64,000 nt of DNA. Source: an uncultured Gemmatimonadales bacterium. GTDB lineage: Bacteria > Gemmatimonadota > Gemmatimonadetes > Gemmatimonadales > GWC2-71-9. How positions within the stretch are numbered: the stretch's first letter is position 1; every line of letters begins with the position of its first letter. The notes under the pieces are model-generated. The model was not told where the DNA came from, ran no database searches, and saw only the letters and a program-made list of their open reading frames with translations. Where the stretch lies: assembly GCA_963779755.1 (NCBI GenBank), contig CAVZZO010000003.1, forward strand, positions 1,120,001 to 1,184,000. The letters run 5' to 3'. Below, in pieces: positions 59,054 to 64,000 of this stretch. Both the position numbers and the translations under genes were made by a program.

Positions 59054-59213
59054 GTCCACCCGAAGCCGATGGCTCCCGGAGCGGGCGTAGGTGCCCGTGC
59101 GCAGCGGGGAGCTAATCGCCTGATAGCACCTCCAGGCCGCGGAGGGAGCCACGGCGAGGGTGGACGGTGGACTCCAATCGCCTGCCAGCACCTCCAGGCC
59201 GCGGAGGGAGTCG
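59054..59213. repeat. Fifth copy (59054-59165) plus a partial sixth copy of the 112-nt structured element
   Basis: Same sequence as the 55420-56045 cores; the half copy abuts the PBP stop codon. Confidence 0.92.
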
Positions 59214-61373
59214 CTACGGCTCCCTGGGCCCCACGAAGTCCACCGAGCGCAGCCGCAGGTTGGGCCCGTGCACCGGGCAATAGAAGATGGGCTGGGTGCC
59301 CGGCAGGAACGCCTCGGTATAGACCGAATCGCCCGGGCAGTCGGGGGTCGCCAGATAGCCGGTCGTCCGGTCAATGCTGGCGAAGGTGAGCCCGGAGGGG
59401 GCCGACCAGTCGGAGGCGGAGGCGGTGTCGCCCACCTGCCGCATCATGCTGGTCCAGACCGGCGCCGCCAGCCGGCCGCCCTGCGCGTTACCCATGATGC
59501 GCTGCGGCAGGTCCATGCCGATCCAGGTGCCCGTCACCAGAGTCGGGGTGAAGCCGACGAACCAGGCGTCCGCGAAGTCGTCGGTGGTGCCGGTCTTGCC
59601 CGCCGCCAGGCCGCGGAACCCGGCGCCCGTCACCGCGGAGTAGGCGGTGCCGCGGCGAACGACGTCCTGCATGGCGCTGCGGAGCAGCCAGGTTTCGGCG
59701 GGGGTCAGCACCCGGATGGTGTCCGGCTTCGCCTGATAGAGCACATGCCCGGCCCGGTCTTCCACCCGGGTGACGGCGTAGGGCACCGCCCGCACGCCGT
59801 CGGTGGCGAAGGCGGTATAGGCCGCCACCAGCTGCAGCGGCACCACGCTGGCCGAGCCGATGAAGATGCTGGGAAACGGCGGGATAGGCGTGCTGATGCC
59901 GAAATGCCGGGCTTCCTCCCGCACCACCGACGTGCCGACCTCCATGCCGATCCGCACCGCCACCAGGTTGACCGAGCGGTAGATCGCCTGGCGCACGGTG
60001 ACGGGATCGTCGCCCATTTCGCCGAAATTGTGCGGCGACCAGGGTTCGCTGTCGCCGGGGGCCGGCGCCACCGTGAGCGGCGAGTCGCTGACCAGGCGCG
60101 ACAGGGGGATGCCGCTGTGCACCGCCGCCGCGTAGACGAAGGGCTTGAAGGTGCTCCCCGCCTGGCGGCGCGCCTGGGTCACCCGGTTGAACTTGCTGTC
60201 CTCGAAGTCGCGGCCGCCCACCAGGGCGCGGATCCCGCCGGTCCGCGGGTCGATCGAAACCACCAGCCCCTGCAGATAGGACGTGGCACCGCCCGCCGCG
60301 GCGGCGGTGTCGTCGCGCTCGCGGATGGCGCGGTAGGATGCGCGGGGATACCGACCCAGCGCGCCCGACTCGATCCGCTCCAGCTGCTGCTCCAGCGACC
60401 GCTCGGCTGCCCGCTGGGCGGTGAGATCCAGGGTGGTGTAGATCCTGAGCCCGCCGCGGTAGAGGCGGTCGCCATATTGCGGCTCCAGTTGGCGGCGCAC
60501 GTGCTCCACGAAATAGGGCGCGATGTCGGCGTTCTCGGCCCGGTCGGTGAGCGAGAGGGGCGCGCGCCGCCACTCCCGCGCCTGGCCGGCGCTGAGGAAG
60601 CCGGCGTCGCGCATGAGGCCGAGCACCACGTTGCGCCGGGCCAGCGCGAGGCGGGGATGCCGGCGCGGGTTGTAGGTGTTGGGCGCCTTGGGCAGCGCCG
60701 CCAGCGTTGCCGCCTCGGCGGGATTGAGATCGGTGACCGGCTTCCCGAAGTAACGCCGCGCCGCCGCTTCCACGCCGAAGACCCGGTCGCCCAGCGGGAT
60801 CTGATTGAGATACAGTTCCAGGATCCGTTGCTTGGGATAGCGGCGCTCGATCTCCCAGGCCATCTGCATTTCGCGGATCTTGCGGGAGAGCGACCGGTCA
60901 TAGCCGTTGATATCATCGGGCCAGAGATTCCGGGCCAGCTGCATGGTGATGGTCGAGAACCCCTGCACCAGCCCGCCGGCGAACAGATCGGCCTTGACGG
61001 CGCCGAGCACCCGCAGGTAGTCCACCCCGTGGTGGCGGTAGAACCGCTTGTCCTCGGTAGCCACGAAGGCCTCGCGCACGGCGGGCGGGATCTGGTCCAG
61101 GGGCACCACCCGGCGCCATTCCGTGCCGTAGGTGGCGATGACGCGGCCGTTCCGGTCATAGACCTGGGACGACTCGTCCGGGCTCCAACCGGTCAGGCGG
61201 TCAAGCGAGGGACAGGCCCCGTGGCCGCAGGCGGCGTACCATCCGGCCAGCAGGGGGGCATAGATGAGGATCGCCGCCACCGCCGCCACCACCGCGATCC
61301 GGTCGAACCGGCGGCTGTGAGCCCACCAGGAGCGGAGGAAGGAGGGAATCGGGATGCGGCGCATGAGGGACAC
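59214..61373 (-). CDS. Class A penicillin-binding protein (PBP1A paralog)
   Basis: EDKRFYRHHGVD, GFSTITMQLARN, GSTFKP, SVN, KTGT. Confidence 0.95.
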   Translation of the reverse strand: MSLMRRIPIPSFLRSWWAHSRRFDRIAVVAAVAAILIYAPLLAGWYAACGHGACPSLDRLTGWSPDESSQVYDRNGRVIATYGTEWRRVVPLDQIPPAVREAFVATEDKRFYRHHGVDYLRVLGAVKADLFAGGLVQGFSTITMQLARNLWPDDINGYDRSLSRKIREMQMAWEIERRYPKQRILELYLNQIPLGDRVFGVEAAARRYFGKPVTDLNPAEAATLAALPKAPNTYNPRRHPRLALARRNVVLGLMRDAGFLSAGQAREWRRAPLSLTDRAENADIAPYFVEHVRRQLEPQYGDRLYRGGLRIYTTLDLTAQRAAERSLEQQLERIESGALGRYPRASYRAIRERDDTAAAAGGATSYLQGLVVSIDPRTGGIRALVGGRDFEDSKFNRVTQARRQAGSTFKPFVYAAAVHSGIPLSRLVSDSPLTVAPAPGDSEPWSPHNFGEMGDDPVTVRQAIYRSVNLVAVRIGMEVGTSVVREEARHFGISTPIPPFPSIFIGSASVVPLQLVAAYTAFATDGVRAVPYAVTRVEDRAGHVLYQAKPDTIRVLTPAETWLLRSAMQDVVRRGTAYSAVTGAGFRGLAAGKTGTTDDFADAWFVGFTPTLVTGTWIGMDLPQRIMGNAQGGRLAAPVWTSMMRQVGDTASASDWSAPSGLTFASIDRTTGYLATPDCPGDSVYTEAFLPGTQPIFYCPVHGPNLRLRSVDFVGPREP

Positions 61374-61418
61374 GGTACCACCCCCCGGCCGGCGGAGCCA
61401 TGATAAGGATCACGTGAG

Positions 61419-61540
61419 GGTCGCTAGTCGTTAGTCGTTAGTCTGGCCACCCTGGCGTCCGGCGAAGTTTCGCCCGTCTATCCGGAGGGAGCGACTAGCA
61501 ACTAGCGATTAACGACTGGCGACTGGCGACTGGCGACTCT
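61419..61540. repeat. Inverted heptamer repeats (GTCGYTA / GGCGACT)
   Basis: gtcgctagtcgttagtcgtta ... gcgactagcaactagcgattaacgactggcgactggcgactggcgact; same family at 49850-49945. Confidence 0.7.
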
Positions 61541-61560
61541 CCTGCTAACTTCTTCCCTCC

Positions 61561-62832
61561 ATGCTCCCCACCCTCCTCGACCACCTCGCCGCCCGCGGCC
61601 TGGTGCAGGATGCCACCCCGGGGCTGGCGGACCGGCTCGCGAACCGCCCCATCACCGGTTACGTGGGCTTCGACCCGACTGCCCCTTCGCTGCACGTGGG
61701 CAACCTGGTGCCGGTGATGGGGCTGGCCTGGCTGCAGCGCGAAGGGGGAACGCCGTTCGTAGTGGTGGGCGGGGGCACCGGGATGGTGGGCGATCCCAGC
61801 GGCAAGCGGGCGGAGCGGCCGGTCCTGCCGGTCGAGGAGATCGACGCCAATGCGGCCCGCATGCGGGAGCAGCTGCGCCGCTTCCTGCGTTTCGACGGGC
61901 CCGGCGCCGCCCGCATGTTCAATAACGCCGACTGGCTGCGCAGCCTGGGCCTGATGGACTTCCTGCGGGACGTGGGGAAGCACTTCACCCTGAGCTACAT
62001 GATGCAGAAGGAGGCGGTGCGCACCCGGCTGGAGACGGGGATCTCATTCACCGAATTCGCCTACATGCTGGTGCAGGCCTACGACTACTGGCATCTCTTC
62101 CGTACCGAGAACTGCGAGCTGCAGATGGGCGGGAGCGACCAGTGGGGGAACATCACCGCCGGCATCGAGCTGGTGGGGCGGAGGGAAGGGGCCCAGGTGC
62201 ATGGCCTGGTTTTCCCCCTGCTCACCACCGCCAGCGGAGCCAAGTTCGGCAAGAGCGAGGAGGGCAACGTCTGGCTCGATCCGGAGCGGACCAGTCCCTA
62301 CAAGTTCTACCAGTTCTGGCTCAACACCGAGGACGCCGACGCCGAGCGCCTGCTCCGGCTCTTCACCTTCCTGTCGCTCGACGAGATCGCCGCCCTCATG
62401 CGGGAGCACGCGGCCGACCCCGGCCGGCGGCACGCGCAGCGGGCGCTGGCGCGCGACGTCACCGCCCGGGTGCACGGGCCGGAGGCCGCCGAGCGGGCCA
62501 TCGAAGCCAGCCGGGCGCTGTTCGGCGGCAGGGGCGAAGTCTCGGTGGCGGCCATCGTGGAAGCCGGCGAGGACATCCCCGCGTGCCAGGTGCCGGGCGC
62601 GGAGTTCCATGCCGGCCTGGCGCTGGTGGATGCGCTGGTGCGCGCCGGCCTCGCCGGCAGCAAGGCCGATGCCCGACGGGGCATCCAGGGGAAGGGCTAC
62701 TACGTCAACGAGAACCAGATCGACGAGGTAGGCTTCCGCCTGGGGCCGGAACACCTGCAGCAGGCGGGCGGCGAGCAGTTCGTGCTGCTCCGGAAGGGAA
62801 AGAAGAACTACGTGCGGCTGGTGGTGCGGTGA
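61561..62832 (+). CDS. tyrS: Tyrosine--tRNA ligase
   Basis: [32 protein letters not shown]-terminal S4 domain RKGKKNY. Confidence 0.97.
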   Translation: MLPTLLDHLAARGLVQDATPGLADRLANRPITGYVGFDPTAPSLHVGNLVPVMGLAWLQREGGTPFVVVGGGTGMVGDPSGKRAERPVLPVEEIDANAARMREQLRRFLRFDGPGAARMFNNADWLRSLGLMDFLRDVGKHFTLSYMMQKEAVRTRLETGISFTEFAYMLVQAYDYWHLFRTENCELQMGGSDQWGNITAGIELVGRREGAQVHGLVFPLLTTASGAKFGKSEEGNVWLDPERTSPYKFYQFWLNTEDADAERLLRLFTFLSLDEIAALMREHAADPGRRHAQRALARDVTARVHGPEAAERAIEASRALFGGRGEVSVAAIVEAGEDIPACQVPGAEFHAGLALVDALVRAGLAGSKADARRGIQGKGYYVNENQIDEVGFRLGPEHLQQAGGEQFVLLRKGKKNYVRLVVR

Positions 62833-63974
62833 GCCTCCTCCAGCACCCCCACCACCCTCTCCATCTCCTCCATCGTGTTGTAGACGTGCGGGCTCAGCCG
62901 GATGCTGCCCTCGCGCAGGCTGCAGATGACGCCGGCTTCGCGCAGCCGCTCATGGCAGCGGGCCGGCTCCGGCGGCACCACGCAGATGATCCCGCTGGCG
63001 TGCTCGCCCCGGGGCGAAGCGAGGGGGATGCCGCGGCGAGCGGCCCATTCCTCGATGGGGCGGCGCAGCCCCAGCACATGCTCGCTTATCGGGCCGATCC
63101 CGAGCTCCAGCAGCAGCTCCAGCGAGCTGTTCATTCCCGCAAAATCCTGGTACGGCAGGGTCACCACCTCGAACCGCCGCGCGTCGCTCCGCAGCTCTTC
63201 GCGATAGCGGGTAAGCTGGGTGAAATCGTCGGTGCCTTCGTAGGCCATCCAGCCCGCCAGGGGGGGCGTGAGCTGCTCGATCAGGCTCTCCCGCACGTGG
63301 AAGAACCCGGAGCCCCAGGGCGAGCAGAGCCACTTCTGCGCGCCGCAGGAGAGGATGTCCACGGGCGTCTCCGCCAGGTCGACCGGGAGGTGGCCCAGCC
63401 CCTGGATCGCGTCCACCACCAGCCAGGTGCCGGTTTCCGCCGCCGCCCGCGACAGGCGCCCCAGGTCCACCCGGTAGCCGTTGCTGAACTGCACCAGGGA
63501 GACCGCCAGCGCCTTCACCTGGGGGTCGGCCATGCGGCCCACCAGATAGTCCTCGTCGGGCCAGCCCTGCGGCGTCACCCCGGCCAGCTCCAGGCTCACG
63601 CCTTTCGAACGCAGCGCCATCCAGGGATAGACATTGGCGGGAAACTCGCGGTCGCTCACCAGCACGATGTCGCCCGCGACAAAGGGCAGCGCCAGCGCCG
63701 CGATGTTGAGCCCGAAACTGGTGTTGGTGGCCAGCGCGATGGTCCGGGGCGGCACGTTCAGCAGTTGGCCGGCCAGCCGGCGCGACGTCACCAGCAGGTC
63801 GAGAAACCAGGGTTCCTCCAGCCGGTGCAGCTCCGCCCGGCGGCGGTTGAAATCGGCCAGCACCCGCACCGTGCGCGCCGGCAGCGGGCCGATGGAGGCG
63901 TTGTTGAGATAGGTGGCCTGGGAAGTCCAGGGGAATTCCCGCGCCCGGAGATCGCTGATGTCCATGGGCTGCAT
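62808..63974 (-). CDS. Aminotransferase class V PLP-dependent enzyme
   Basis: [30 protein letters not shown] (PLP Lys), IRLSPHVYN. Confidence 0.9.
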   Translation of the reverse strand: MQPMDISDLRAREFPWTSQATYLNNASIGPLPARTVRVLADFNRRRAELHRLEEPWFLDLLVTSRRLAGQLLNVPPRTIALATNTSFGLNIAALALPFVAGDIVLVSDREFPANVYPWMALRSKGVSLELAGVTPQGWPDEDYLVGRMADPQVKALAVSLVQFSNGYRVDLGRLSRAAAETGTWLVVDAIQGLGHLPVDLAETPVDILSCGAQKWLCSPWGSGFFHVRESLIEQLTPPLAGWMAYEGTDDFTQLTRYREELRSDARRFEVVTLPYQDFAGMNSSLELLLELGIGPISEHVLGLRRPIEEWAARRGIPLASPRGEHASGIICVVPPEPARCHERLREAGVICSLREGSIRLSPHVYNTMEEMERVVGVLEEAHRTTSRT

Positions 63975-64000
63975 AACGAGGTAACGCTCCGTGGTGTTTA

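Noticed and set aside
53124..61403. Long antisense ORFs (e.g. 53124-55391, 59160-61403; also 47395-49263, 28398-29993)
   Set aside because: Shadow ORFs opposite well-supported genes, expected from high-GC codon bias; no recognisable motifs

Overview
High-GC bacterial DNA. The gene content (PEP-CTERM protein, Ser/Thr kinase with a TolB-like propeller, Oar-like TonB receptor, Ig-repeat lipoproteins) suggests Gemmatimonadota; this is an inference. Bases ~1-39 kb form a large exopolysaccharide/PEP-CTERM-associated locus. It encodes five to six GT4 glycosyltransferases, a Wzx flippase, an O-antigen ligase/Wzy-like protein, a sulfotransferase, two hexapeptide acyltransferases, an ATP-grasp enzyme, a PHP protein, deacetylases, a 2OG-Fe(II) dioxygenase, an AsnB-FkbH-ACP-GNAT-DegT-FemAB module, three near-identical secreted jelly-roll (lyase-like) domains and a PEP-CTERM protein. 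Bases ~39-64 kb hold envelope and housekeeping genes: TonB receptor plus lipoprotein, VanZ, an NtrY/NtrX-like pair, an Omp85-like barrel, HNH, argR, amidohydrolase, two PBP1A paralogs flanking a Ser/Thr kinase, tyrS and a class-V aminotransferase. The most unusual non-coding signal is a 112-nt rod-shaped structured element, arrayed 4 times with a 171-172 bp period and found again on the other side of the kinase gene. Other signals are eight sigma-54-type promoter motifs across the EPS locus, a candidate attenuator before the HNH gene, a probable ATT start codon, an orphan duplicated gene 3' end, and abundant heptamer and palindromic repeats, some inside coding frames. About a dozen single-base frameshifts look like long-read consensus errors rather than true pseudogenes.
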